NCBI GenBank assembly: GCA_004431415.1
Contig: QPMI01000209.1
Span: 62,001 to 126,000 of the forward strand
Source of the DNA: Cyanophora paradoxa CCMP329
Lineage: Eukaryota; Plantae; Glaucophyta
DNA: 64,000 nucleotides
Direction of reading: 5' to 3'
Numbering within the stretch: position 1 is the stretch's first letter; each line of letters starts with the position of its first letter. The notes under the pieces were generated by a model. That model was given only the letters and a program-made list of their open reading frames with translations, had not been told where the DNA came from and made no database searches. A program made the translations under genes and the position numbers. This document shows positions 49,301 to 61,400 of the stretch, in pieces.

Positions 49301-52300
49301 AGCTCGCGTGCAGCCCGGCGGGCGTCTTCGACGCGACGAGCACCGCCAACTGCACCTTCGTAGCCCGCCGCCGCGGCATCCCCGTCCGCTCCGTCTTCCC
49401 GCTCAGCCTCAACGTCTCGGGCGCCATCGCGACGGACGCGCCGGCCGAGTACAACGCCTCCACCTGGACGTTCTCCTTCGTCCTCTCTCCGCTCACCATC
49501 TACGGCGGCGTCGGGCACCTCGCCGTCTACTCGTACCCCAGCCCGCCGGCCCCGCCGCCCGCCGCCGCCGCGGCCGCCGCCCCCAGCGCCGCCGCCGCGA
49601 ACTCGACGGGGGCGAACGGGACGACGCCCTCGCCCTCGCCCTCGCCCTCGCCGACGCCGACGCCGCTGCCGATCGTCCGGCCGCCCCCGATCCTCCTCGC
49701 CAACATCACGATCATCGTTGCCGCCATCCCCGACGCCTCGTCGTCCTTCGTGCGCCCCGCCCCGCCCCGCCCCGCCGCCCAGCCGCGCACGGCTGACGCG
49801 GGGCGCGGCAGGAGTGCGCGACGAACCTCACGTGGGTCGGCTCGCCCGTCCTCTGCGACTTCACGCCGCGCCTCGAGGGCGAGTCCGTGTACGCGCGGCA
49901 CGGCTACCTCAACGTCGACTGGCCCTACATGCGGCCCGACCACCTGGCGGCCATGTACGGGGTGAACTACGCGACGACCTTCACCCGCGTCTCGATCGCC
50001 GCCGGCACGCTCGCCGACTCGGCCCCGGTGAACTGCACGGGCCTCTGCACCTTCACGCTGACGGCGCCCGGGCGGGGCGCCATCGCGGCGCTCGACTTCA
50101 TGGTCGTGGGGCGGCCCTCGAAGGCGGTCTCGACCATCGCGTGCCCCGTGAACGAGCTCGCCGGCAACCAGTCCGCCGCCTGCACGTTCCGCTCCGTCTC
50201 GCTCGTGCAGGGCGAGCCGGTCGTGACCGACCTGCACGCCCTCCGCGTCCTCGCCACGCCCGTCATGCTCGGCACCGCCTGGCTCGAGCCGCTGCCGCCC
50301 GCGCGCGACACGGGCGAGTGGGACGGGCGCTACTCGGACACGTTCACGCTGTGGGTGACCGCCGGCACGAACGTCGCCGGCACGCTCAACGTCGCCGTCC
50401 ACCCGCTCGCGAACCGCGGCGCCGGCTCGCCGCTGCCGGCGGCGGCCAGCGTCTCGTTCTTCATCATCGGGACGAACATCGCGTCGGTGCAGCCGCAGGC
50501 GGCCAACGTGCGCGGCGGGATCGCCGTCTCCGTCAGCGGCCTCGGCTTCGTGCTCCCGCCCGAGCCGCTCGTGCTGACCTTCTGCGGCGTCGAGGCGCGC
50601 GTGACGAGCCGCTCGACGACGACGCTCATCGCCATCCTCCCGCCGCTCCCGGCGGAGTACATGGAGGCCGGCCGCCGCTCCTGCGACGTCGTTGTCACCC
50701 TCACGCAGCGGCCCGCCGCCGCCCCCGTCGTCCTCAAGGACGGGTACACCTACAACGTGCCCCCCGTCGCCGCCGCCGAGCGCCTCGAGTCCTTCTACCC
50801 CCTCCCTCGGGAGATCGTCCTGAACGGCAGCGCCAGCGTCGGTGCGGCGCCCTCCCCTCCGCCCCTTTCCTCCCTCCTCCTCCTCCTCCCGCCTCACTTC
50901 TTACGGGGCAGACCCGGACGCGAGCGCCGGGGCGAGGAACCGTGGCCTGCGCTTCAAGTGGGCGGTGGTGGAGCGGCCGGACCCCGACGGGGAGGTCGTC
51001 CTCTTCGGCTCCAGCGAGGAGGTCGCCCTCGTCGGCCCTCTCCAGGTCGCCGGCTTCTACGCCTTCGAGCTCACCGTCACCGACGCCGGTGCCCCCGTCC
51101 TTTCTCCACCGCCCGCGCCCCCGCCCCTCTCCTCTTCTGAGGGCGCGCAGGCGGGGAGACCTCGACGGTGGGCATGAACTTCACCGCCGAGTTCCTCCCC
51201 GGTGCGCCCCCGCCGGCCCCGCCCCGCCCGGGCGGCGGGCGCGGCTGAGCCGCCGGGGGCGCAGAGCTGGACCTGGTGATCCGGCTGGAGACGGAGTTCG
51301 ACCCGTTCAAGGAGCAGTACGACAACGACGAGGCCTTCCGCGACTCGATCTGGATGGCGACGGCGGAGGAGTTCGGGGTGGCCGTGAGCCGCATCCAGGG
51401 CATCGGCCTCGCCCAGGGCTCCGTCCTCCTCAGCGTCCGCCCCGCCCCCGCCCCCGCCCGCCCCCGCCGCGTTGGGCTCTGACGGGGCCGGCGCGGCGCG
51501 CGCAGACGACGATCTCGGCCGACAACCTCGTCGACGCCGCCTCGCTCGTGGCGCTCCCGCGGACCTACACCGGTGCGCGCGGTGCGAGCCGCGGGGGCCG
51601 GCGGGGCTGAGGGCGGCGCCCGCGCGCAGGCGTGGCGTACAACCGGGTGCTGGGCGGGGGCGTCTCCTCGTCGGTCATCTCGTCGCGGACGCGGCAGCGG
51701 ACCGTGAACCAGGCGCCCGTGGCGAACATCACGGTGCGGTGCAGGTCGAGCCCGCTGCCCGACGGGAGCTACAGCGTGCGGGCCTCGGCGTGCACGCTGG
51801 ACGGCAACGGGAGCTTCGACCCGGACGGCTACGTCGGGATCTTCACGTGGAGCCTCATCCAGACGCCCGAGTCGAACTGCCCGGTGTTCCGGGGGACGAA
51901 GAACTGGGTGGACGGGCGCTCCAAGGGGACGCTGCTGATGATCTTCGGGGAGCAGCAGGGCGTCTGCGTCGTCGCCCTCTCCGTCCTCGACAACAACGTC
52001 CGCCCGCCCGCCCCGCCCCTCCGCCCCCGCGCCGCCCGCCCTCTCTCTGAGCCGCGCGTGCGCAGAACCTGCGGAGCGCGCGGCAGGCGAACGTGACGCT
52101 GCGGATGGAGGGCGTCCTCGTCAACAGCCCGCCCGAGTTCGAGTACGACGCCCAGGCACGCCCCACCCCGCGCGCGCGCGCCGCGATCCCGCCGGGCCTC
52201 CTTCTCCGCCGCCGCCGCCGCCGCCGCTCACGGGCCGCGCTTCGCCGCCGCAGGTGACGGTGACGGTGAGCCTGGAGGACGGGGCGTACGACAACTCGAC

Positions 52301-55300
52301 GACGGTGGAGCTGACGGCGATCGCCGCCGACCCGGACGGCCTTCTCGCCTCGGCCGCCTGGTCCTACCTCGACGGGCCCATCAACGCGACCCTCCGGCCC
52401 CTCCTCGCCGTCAACGCCTCGGCCGGGGCCGAGCCGGTGCAGCGCACGCCGGTGACGTCGCGGGCGCGCGTCGTCGGCCTCGGGACGTGGCGCTTCGAGG
52501 TGGCGGCGACGGACGACCTGGGCCTCACCACGCGCAACGTGACGGCGCTGACCGTGCGGCTCGGGCCCCCGCCCCCCGTCACCGACTCGATCGACCCCGA
52601 GGTCGCCCGCCGCGTCGCCATCTCCGTGCGCCCGCCCCGCTCCGCCCTCCGGTCTCCGGGCGCGTCTCGACGCCCTCACACCCGCGCGCGCCCCCCAGCT
52701 GGCGGCGCTGTCGCTCTTCTTCATCGTGGTGAACATCGTGGGGAACGCCGTCGAGTCGTGCATGCAGACGTGGGCGGGGGCGGTGCCGACGCGGGTCGTG
52801 AAGACGGCGGCGACGGCGGGGAGCGTCTTCGCCATCGCCCAGTTCCAGATGCTAGCCGCCCTCGGCCTCCTCACCAACCAGGACATGGTCCGCCGCACCC
52901 CGGTCGTCCCCCTCGCCCCCCACGGCTATCTCAAGCCAGCCCGCCCCGCGCAGCCGGCCTCGTTCCACGCCTTCTGCGACGGCATCTACCCGTACCTCCT
53001 GCAGGGCCGGAGCCCCGGTGCCGGCCCCGCCCGCCCGCCCCCTCTCTTTCGCGCCCCGCGCCCCCCCGCTCACAGCCCCCGCCCGCAGACGGCCTGACGG
53101 TGCCGACGAACGTGCGGGCGCCGATGGTGCAAGCGCGCCGCTCGCTCCTCTACGCCCGCGAGCGCGACGTCGTCGCCGGCTTCAAGGTCCCGCCTTCCCC
53201 TCCCGCCGCCCGCCCCGCCCGCCGCGCCCCGCCTCAAAGGCGCGCAGTCGGCGCTGCTCTACTCCGGCATCGCGATGGGCTTCGTCTCCCTCGTGCACGT
53301 CGCCGCCTCCTGGTTCTTCCGCCGCGCCTGCGGCCGCAAGACCCGCCTCCGCGGCGCCCTCGCCGCCCCCCGCCCCGAGCTCCTCGTCTTCCTCGCCGCC
53401 TTCGTGCGCCCGCCCGCCCCCCCGCCCGCCCGCCCGTCCGCCTCGCCGGCCTGACGACCGCGCGCGCAGCGACCGCTGGCGATCGCGGCGGCGGCCGTCG
53501 TGCGCTTCGAGAGCGGCGGCTGGCGCGTCTTTGCGGGGGCCTACCTGGTCCGCCCCCCGCCCTCCCGCTCGCCGCCCGCCCCCCCCCGCCGCCAACGGGA
53601 CGCCCGCCTCGGGGCGCGCAGGCGGTGGCCGGCGTCTTGGCCTTCGTGGTGCTGCAGGCCGTCCTCGTCTTCTTCCTCTGGCACGTCGGCGCCGTCGTCT
53701 TCGACGTCAACCCCCACCGGTCCGCCCGCCCCCGCCCGCCGGCCCCGCCGCCCCCGCCCCGCCTCACGCACCGCACCCGCCAGCGCCATGCTGCGCTTCT
53801 CCAAGCCGCCCCCGGCGAAGCCCGGCGCCGGCGACGACGCCGGCGCCGAGAAGAAGAAGAAGAAGGGCGAGGGCGAGAAGACGCTGGCGGCGTCCCCGCC
53901 GGAGCCGGCGCGGGCGCCCCCGCCGCAGCCGCCCCCGCCCTCGTCCCTCATCGAGCGCATGTTCCAGTTCTCTCAGACCGTCCGCCCCGCCCCTCCGGCC
54001 CCGCCCCGCGGCTCGGCCTGAGGGCCGGGGGCAGACGCGGAAGAAGGTCGTCAAGGGCCGCTGGATCGTCGACCGCCACCTCGGCGAGCGCGCGCACTGT
54101 GCGCCCCCCTGCCCCGCCCCGCCCCGCCCGGTAGGGACGCCCCTCACACGGGGCCGGGCGCGCAGGGTTCGCCGACGGCTTCGCGCCCATCTTCTCGCCC
54201 TTCAAGGGTGCGCCCCCGCCCGCCCGCCGGCCCCCGCGGGGGCAAGCGAGCGGGGCGCGCAGAGTCGCGCTCGGGCTTCCGCTCGTACGAGCTCTTCCGC
54301 GCCGCCGCCTGGGCCGCCATCCTCGCCGTCTTCGCCCGTGCGCGCGCCGGCCCCCGGCCCCCGCCCCGGCGCCGGCGCCGCCCTCAACGGGGGCGGGGGG
54401 CAGGGAACGCGGGGACGGCCCAGACGGAGGGCTTCAACATCGCCAAGGGGCAGGCCTTCGCCGAAGTCTTCTTCCTGACCACCATCGAGCTCCTTGAGAT
54501 CGGGTCCGCCCCGCCCCGCCCCGCCCCGCCCCGCCCCGCGCCCCCCGCCCCTCTGGCCCGGCTGACTGGCGGGGGCGGGGCAGCGTGCAGCTCTTCTTCC
54601 AGCCGCAGATCTCGTGGTGGGGCACCGCGCTCGGCCTCCACTGGTCCGCCCCGCCCCCCGCCCCCCGCCCCTTTGACAGCGGCGCGCTGACGGGGCGGCG
54701 GGGGCGGGGGCGGGGGCAGCTCGCTCTGCTTCGTGGGGATCTTCGCGGCGCTGGCGTGCGCCATCCTGCGCCTCGGGTGGCCCTTCGACGTCGGGCGCGC
54801 CCTCTTCCTCCTCGCCCTCGCCGCCCTCCTCCCCGTCCTGCTCGACCAGGCCATCGACGCCGCCGCCGTCCTCCTCGTCCGCCCCGCCCCGCCCCGCCCC
54901 TCCCCCCTCTTCTCCCCTCTGACTGGGCCGCACGCAGAGCATCGCGAGCAAGGTGAGGCGGCGGGTGGAGCGGAGGCGGCAGGGGCGGATGGGCGTCATC
55001 GCCCCCAACTCGCCCCTCGCCAAGGGCCCCGACGGGGCGCCGGCGGCCGCGCACGCCGACGAGAGCGACGACGCTACGACGGAGGAGAGCGAGGACGAGG
55101 CTGCGGGCGGCGGCCCCGCCTGGATCGCCGCCCGCCGCTACGCCCCGTCCCTCGCCCCCGCCGCCCCCGCCCTCGCCCCCGCCCTCGCCCTCGCCGGCGC
55201 CGGCGGCCCGCAGCCGTCCCTCTCCCTCCTCTCGGACTTCTTGACGAGGCAGGACGGCGGGGCGCGGGCGCCGGGGGCGCGGCGCGGCTCGACGCACTCC

Positions 55301-56679
55301 CAGGCGTCGGACACCGGCTCGGGCGCCTCCTGGATCGCCGCCGGCGGCGCCTGGCACCGCGTCGGGGAGCCCCCGGCCGCCGCCGCCGCCGCCGCCGGCG
55401 TGGGGCGGGCGGAGCGGGGCGGGCTGGTGGCGGTGGAGGAGCGGCCGGCGGGGCGCAGCGCCTCGTTCGCGGGGCGCCGGCGCGGGCGGTGCCCATCGCC
55501 GGGGCCCTCGCCCTCTCCAACTCGGGCGTCGCCAACCTGCCCGCCTCCGTCCTCGTCGCCGCCTTCGGGGCCCCCGCCCGGCCCGCCGCCCCCGCGCGGG
55601 CCCCGGCCCGCAGGGCCCCCTCAACCCGCGAGGGCCCCCGCCCCGCCCCCGCCGGGGTCCCCCGCCGGCCCCGCGCCGGCCCCGCCGCCGCCTCCGCCGG
55701 GGCTGGCCCTCCGGGGGCGCCGGGGCGGGCGGCCGCCTCGGCCTCGCCGCGGCGGCGGGGCTCGCTCTCCCTCGCCCCGCGCCCCGCCTCCTTCGGCAGC
55801 CTCCCGCCCGCGCCCGCGCCCGCGGCGACCTCGGCCCCGGCGCCGCAGCGGGCCTCGCCGGCGGGGAGCTCGGCCGGGAGCGCGGGGCGGCGCGGGCGGC
55901 CTCTCTGGTGTCCCTCCCCGCAGCCCCCGCGCCCCTCTTCGACGCCTCCCTCCTCGGCGCCTTCGACGACCCGCCCCCGCCCGCTCCCGCCGCCGCCGCC
56001 GCCGCCTCCGGGGCGGCCGGGGCGGTCAGCGTGCAGGTCGTGAAGCCGGCCTCGGCGGCGGGGCTCCCGGCGCGGCCGCTGCCTCCTCCGGCGCCTCCTC
56101 GACCGCCTCCTCCGCCGCGCCCAGGCGGCGGCGCTCCAGGGGCGCCCTCCCCGCGCCGCCCGCCGCCGGCCCCGCGCCCGTCGCGCTGCAGCCCCGCGCG
56201 CGCTCCCGCCCTGCCCCCGGCCGGCCCCGAGCCGCCCCGCCCGCCGCCGCCGCCGCCGCGGCCTCGGAGGAGGACCACGACTACGACTTCAACGAGCGCC
56301 TCGAGGCACTCCTCGGGGCCGCCTCTGACCCCCCGGCGCAGGCGCCGGCGGCGCCCCCACCGCCCCGCTCCACCTCCAGCGCCTCACACGCCTCCCGCTC
56401 CTCGGGCTCCCGGCCCGGGACCCGCCCGCCCACGCCTTGGCCCCGCCGGCGGCCGCCGCTGGGGCCCCCTCCCGCCCTCGCTCCGGCTCGGTCGCCTCCT
56501 ACGCCTCGCACTCCTCGCTCCCCTCGAGCGCCCCCCGGGCCAGCGCGCGCTCGCCGGCGCAGGTCGCCCGGAGGGACCCCCCGCCGCGGGCGGCGCCCCT
56601 CGCCGCGGAGGAGGACCCCGAGGCCGCCGCGGAGCACAAGCGCCTGGCGGACCTCTTCCTCGGCGGCCCCCCCGAGTAG
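40344..56679 (+). CDS. giant cell-surface protein: signal-like segment, LamG/ConA-like domain, Ig-like repeats, IPT/TIG, PKD (KIAA0319-type) and SEA-like domains, multi-pass TM region, low-complexity cytoplasmic tail
   Basis: Hydrophobic segment LAIISALLALLGLAPACLA. LamG: LEAWIKF...GDWHHVMLT...LRVW. Four modules contain (V)AF-PDRTSSV-CFPLYFD-like motifs. IPT: IASVQPQAANVRGGIAVSVSGLGF. PKD-like: IVLNGSAS..DPD...FKW...GFYAFELTVTD and NQAPVA...LDGNGSFDPDG...FTW. SEA-like: FGVAVSRIQGIGLAQGSV. TM exons lie at about 52600-54880. Many NxS/T sequons. The start codon is uncertain and the tail has several apparent frameshifts. Confidence 0.75.
44998..49730 (+). repeat. four tandem Ig-like modules (about 1.1-1.3 kb each) within the giant gene
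   Basis: Each module runs D-PT/S-V...GPVY/F...IYALN...NGW...DTGP...C...FNC...PDRTSS-C. Modules 2 and 3 share long identical DNA blocks, e.g. gatccccgtggcgccggtgaacgtgagcgtcgcgttcgagccggaccgcacgagcagcgtctcctgcttccccctctacttcgac at about 46874 and 48033. Confidence 0.85.
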
Positions 56680-58471
56680 CTGCCAGGCCGCTCGCGATTC
56701 GCGCTGTGGATAGCACAAAATGCATTAGATCTGTAGCTACACAACTAGCAGCACATCTGTACGTACATGCGGTCTACGCCGGGCGACAATGAGTACGGTA
56801 GGCTATGAATATTGTGGATAAAGTTCGAGTTCGCTCCGAGGCTCTGTCGATGTCGTCGCCGAGTCGAGTGTGGCCCTCAGCTGCAGCCTGGGCCTCAGGG
56901 CCTTAATTATATAAGCTTGCCCGAATTAATATTCGCCGAGTCGAAGGCCCGGCCGTTCCGCCACGATCATGAGTGTCCAAGAGCGAGCGCACTCTGTCTA
57001 GGCTAGTTATCATGATGGCAGTCTGCTGCCGCCAGTGCAAACAGTGCCAAACACTGCAACTTGGGCAAAGCAGTGCGAACTTGAAATCGGCGAGCGTTCC
57101 TCAAGGCTTCGCGATCGGCGATCGAGCGACTCGGCGAGCTGGCGGCGCCTGGCGCTACTAGGCTAGGGCCCGCCGCCGAGCCGAGGGCCGGGGGCATATT
57201 TGGGAGGGACTGGATTCACTGGAATGCCCAACTCGCACCCCCAAGGTTGCAGGCTTGCAGCGATTACTGCGGCCGGTACCGGGTACTACCGGCGCGGCAT
57301 GCGCAGCTGCAGGAAGTACTAAGACCCTCGAATTGGAATATTAATGGTACATGCACATGTATATATATGTACCCGTCTGCCGGCCCAGCCGCTGAGCATG
57401 CGCAGCGGTACCGTAGTACCAGCGGCGCGCCGGCGCCCGGGCCGGCCCGGCCGCTGCAGCTGAGCATGAGCTCGAGCCGCATGCACATGCGCACGTACTG
57501 CGGCGCGTGCAGTGCGCAGCTGTGCGCTCAGTGAGCGGGTCGACCGTATACGTACCGGTCCGTACGCCGACGGTACGCGTCCGACGGTCGGCGGCGTCGC
57601 CTGGAAGTTGCTGGAACAGGTTGGAAGGCCCTGCAGGCTGCATCGCATCGATATCATTCGATTCGCATGCGCAGCCTGAGCTGCAGGCTGCGGCTGCTGC
57701 ACTCTGCCAGGCTGGCACTGCTCCGAGCCTGCTCGGTGGTCAGCCGCTGAGCCGTCTCAGCGCCGATCGCGACTCCCGGCCCGCTGCTAGTGCTTCGCAG
57801 TGTTCGCATGGGCAGTACTAGTGCGCATGCGCACTCACTGAGTCACTGCAGCGGTGATACTTGGTAGACAGCGAGGATCCGCTCCCCGGGCCCCCATGCA
57901 CTGCGGCAGGCCGCAGCTGTCCCCCTAGTAGTGATCCTCATGCATCCGAGCGCGTGCAGCCGAGTCTGGCCGAGCTTGAGCGGCGCGCGCGCGCGCGCTA
58001 GCGCTGGCCTCCTCAGGGCCTAGGCCTAGGCCTCGTCCGATCATCTTAATTGCAAGCTAGCGCTAGGCAGCAAGCGCGCTGCAGCTGAGCTTTGCCAAAA
58101 CGTGTGGTGGCTTGGCGAGCTCTGCGACCGCAGCCCCTATCGAGCCGTGCGCGTGGGATGCAGCGCTCGCACTTCCGTCAGTACTAGTGCCTGCAGCTGC
58201 AGAACAGCACGTGAGCGCGCCAGGGGAGCAGGCGCGCTGTCTGGAGTTCGAAGAATGCCTCATCCATATGCATACGCGTTCGCTTGGAGATAGCATCCGA
58301 CTGCTGGGGCGCGCGGACGCCGGCTCGCGCGGGGCGACGATGAAGCCGAGCGTCCGCCGGCGCCGGAGCAGCTGCAGGCGCCAGCTGGGCGCGACCGGCG
58401 CAATTGCAAGTGGCTCACGGCGAGAGCTCGAGGCATCCGCCTGTGCCGCGCTCCGGCGGGGTCAGGCCTGC

Positions 58472-61400
58472 ATGCGCGTCTTCATACTTGTCGCCGTGTG
58501 CATCGCCTGGCTTCCACGCTACGAAGGTGCGCCCCTAGACAGCGCTCCCGCGCGCGCATGCGATATTTACGTGCAAATATATATCGATATCTACTAAAAC
58601 TTAATCAACGTTGCTGCTCGCGCAGCGGTCATTCTGCCGACGACCGGCGTGCACCTGAACGACCTCAACCCCAAAGCCCTCAGCCTCGCGGGCGGCTACA
58701 TCGCGCCGCAGCCCGCCGCCGAGCTCGACTGGAGCAGCGCCACGATGCAACTCACGGTCGAGCTCTGGTTCGAATTCGCGCTCGCTGTACGCTTCGGTGG
58801 TCCTGGTGCTCGGCGACCGACGCGCCCGACCGCAGGCTCAAGCCGAGTGCGGAGTCGGCGAATGCATCGGACGTGCGGGGCATCTTCGTCCGGGGGGACC
58901 CGGGGACTTCGGATGTAGATTTCGCCCTCGTGCGCCCCCGCCCTCCCTCTGCTCTTACCCCCCCCCCTCCCCCCCTCCCCCCCCTCCCCCCCCCCCGCCC
59001 CCCCCCGCAACCCTGCCCAACCTCCGACCTTCGTATTCCCATGGCCGCCCCTGTTCGAATTCTCTTCCCCCGCTTCCCATCCCCCTAGGCCTTGCCTCTC
59101 CAAGCTTAAGCCGTAAAATTGCCTCCATAAACCGCTGCACATCATCCGCTCCAACGCGGCTATAGCTACTCCTATCCTCGTCGAAACTATAATTGCCCAG
59201 CTGCAGGCACGCGCGCGCGCGCGCAACGGACAGCTGACGCGATGCTCATCTCGCAGATCGTGACTGCCGGGGCGCTGCGTGTGGAGCGGGCGCGAGGAAC
59301 CGTGCAAACTGAGCCAGTTCTGGTCGCTTCCAAGGTGATTTCGGCTATTATCACATGTCGCATCCAGCCTTATCCCCTGCTGACTCGATGAGCCGCACGC
59401 GTGCGCTGCAGTGGACGCACGTGGCGGTGTGCTTCCTCGCAGAAGAGACGAATGCGTCCGCCTCGATTTACGTGGACGGCACGCTGCGCAAGACGGGACC
59501 CCTGCCAGCTGCGGGCGGTGCTTGGACGGGGCCGCCAGTCATCGGCGCGGCGCCCTTTGCGGGCTCATTGGCAGCCGCGCGGGCGTTCACGGGTGAGTTT
59601 GGATCTCTTAACTCTGTGCCGGAGGCGATCTTTGCGTTTACCGGACGGGGGCACCTTTGCGATCGCGAGCAGGTCTCATCGACGAAGTCCGAGTCTGGGG
59701 GCGGTTACTTGCTGCGGACGAGCTTTCCTCTATTGTTCACGGAACATTTGCAATTAATTTCTCATCAGCAAACTCAACATCCGAATCCGCAAACTCAACA
59801 TCCGAATCCGCAATGCGCCTTTTCTACAGGTTGATTTCGGATTTACTGCTTCGCGCTTCTGTACATGTGGCAGCGGCTGAAACCAACCCGCTGTGCAGCT
59901 TCGACCAGGATCCGGACACAGCGGAGTTTACGACGAGAGACGTGAGTCCCGCGGCTGCACATCCAGCGACGTTCTACGATGCCGCTGGATCGGCGCTCAG
60001 CACACCGTCGCCCTTGGTGCAGCGCACCGTGCAGAGCGCGACCCCGGACAGGACTTCCTCCGTCTCCTGCCCCGCATACGCAGCGATCCCCGGGGACACA
60101 ATACGGTGAGCCGTACGCGTCTGTTCCGCTTGCGCGATTGCGACCTCGGTATTGCTTACGTGCTGTTTCTCGCGCCTTAGTTGCACCGTAGCCATGCGAC
60201 GCTCCAACTCCGCTGTCACTTCCGAGGCCTCCTGGCTGCGCGTCGCCGTGTCCTCTTCCACCACCGTCCGCGCCACGCTCGGGCCCCTCTCTCCGGCAGA
60301 ACCGAGTGCCAGGGCGGGTCTCGTTGTGTTTGACGTGACTTTCCCAGCCTCGAATCCCTCCACCGGTTCGCCTACGGATACTGGAGCGGCTTGTGACAGA
60401 TCATGGGCTATATAGAAACTCAATTAAAATTGCCGTGCAGGTCTTTTGGAGTTCGCCGTCTTAGTTCCGGCCGGCCAGGTGAGCTCGGATATTAATGCTT
60501 CAGATCAAGATCTCAATGCTTCAAGTTGGGTCTTTCTCAATGCTTGCGCAGTTGGGAGCTTCGGTCCGGACGTTCATGGCAGAGGCCACCACGTCGACTG
60601 CGTTCAACAGCTCCTACATTCAGTGGCAGACGCACTGGGGGTACTCGACCCCCTTCCCGCCGACAGCGCGGGGCGAGGTCCTGTATGGCACCTTCTACCC
60701 TCGAAGGGGCCTGAACGTCCCGTACATGATTCCCCGGTAGGCTTCTTCTGCCACTGGGAGCTTCTCAATTATTATTCGCAGACGTCTCACCCGCTCTCCT
60801 CCAGCTCTTCGATCGTCGTAAACCCGAGCCGGACAACCGGGAACGTCAGTTTTGAGTGGTGGCCGCCGGCAACGGCCTTCTGGTACACGGAGAGTCTCCG
60901 GCCGGACTACGACTCCGCTTTCCCTTTCACCATCACGTTTCACGGGGACAGCGAGATTGAGCCGACGTTGTGGGACAAGATCTGTGTGACTAGAAGGTTG
61001 GGAAACAGTGATGACGGCACAGCCATTCGGCCGAGACTGACTCCCGGTGCCAATTCCAGGTTCTCGTTTCGAGTGGCAATTGGGAACAGGTCTCTAGATA
61101 CCCCTGCCTACCCCTTCTCCGTCTGCGGTGTGCCATGCTTTAAAAATTGCATTCAGACCAACAGCTGCTAACTCGCAATCGATGAAATGCGCAGCCGGAC
61201 TGCTTGACTACGCGTGCGCCCTCCTAACTTTTTCTGTCAACGTTGGCCACATTCAAGCTCACTTGGTTTTGCGTGACCGCACCGCAGCTGGTACAATAAG
61301 TACAACGCAAGCAGGACGATGACTTTCCGATTCATTAATGTGCAGAAACTTCTTTTTCGTTCCCTTCGGAAATAATCGTTGCACAATCTTTGTAAGTTTT

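Noticed and set aside
55470-56440. At least four frame changes in the giant gene's cytoplasmic tail (programmed frameshifting or pseudogene?)
   Set aside because: They lie in extremely GC-rich, homopolymer-prone sequence with no slippery-site pattern. Long-read indel errors are the simpler explanation; raw reads are needed to settle it.
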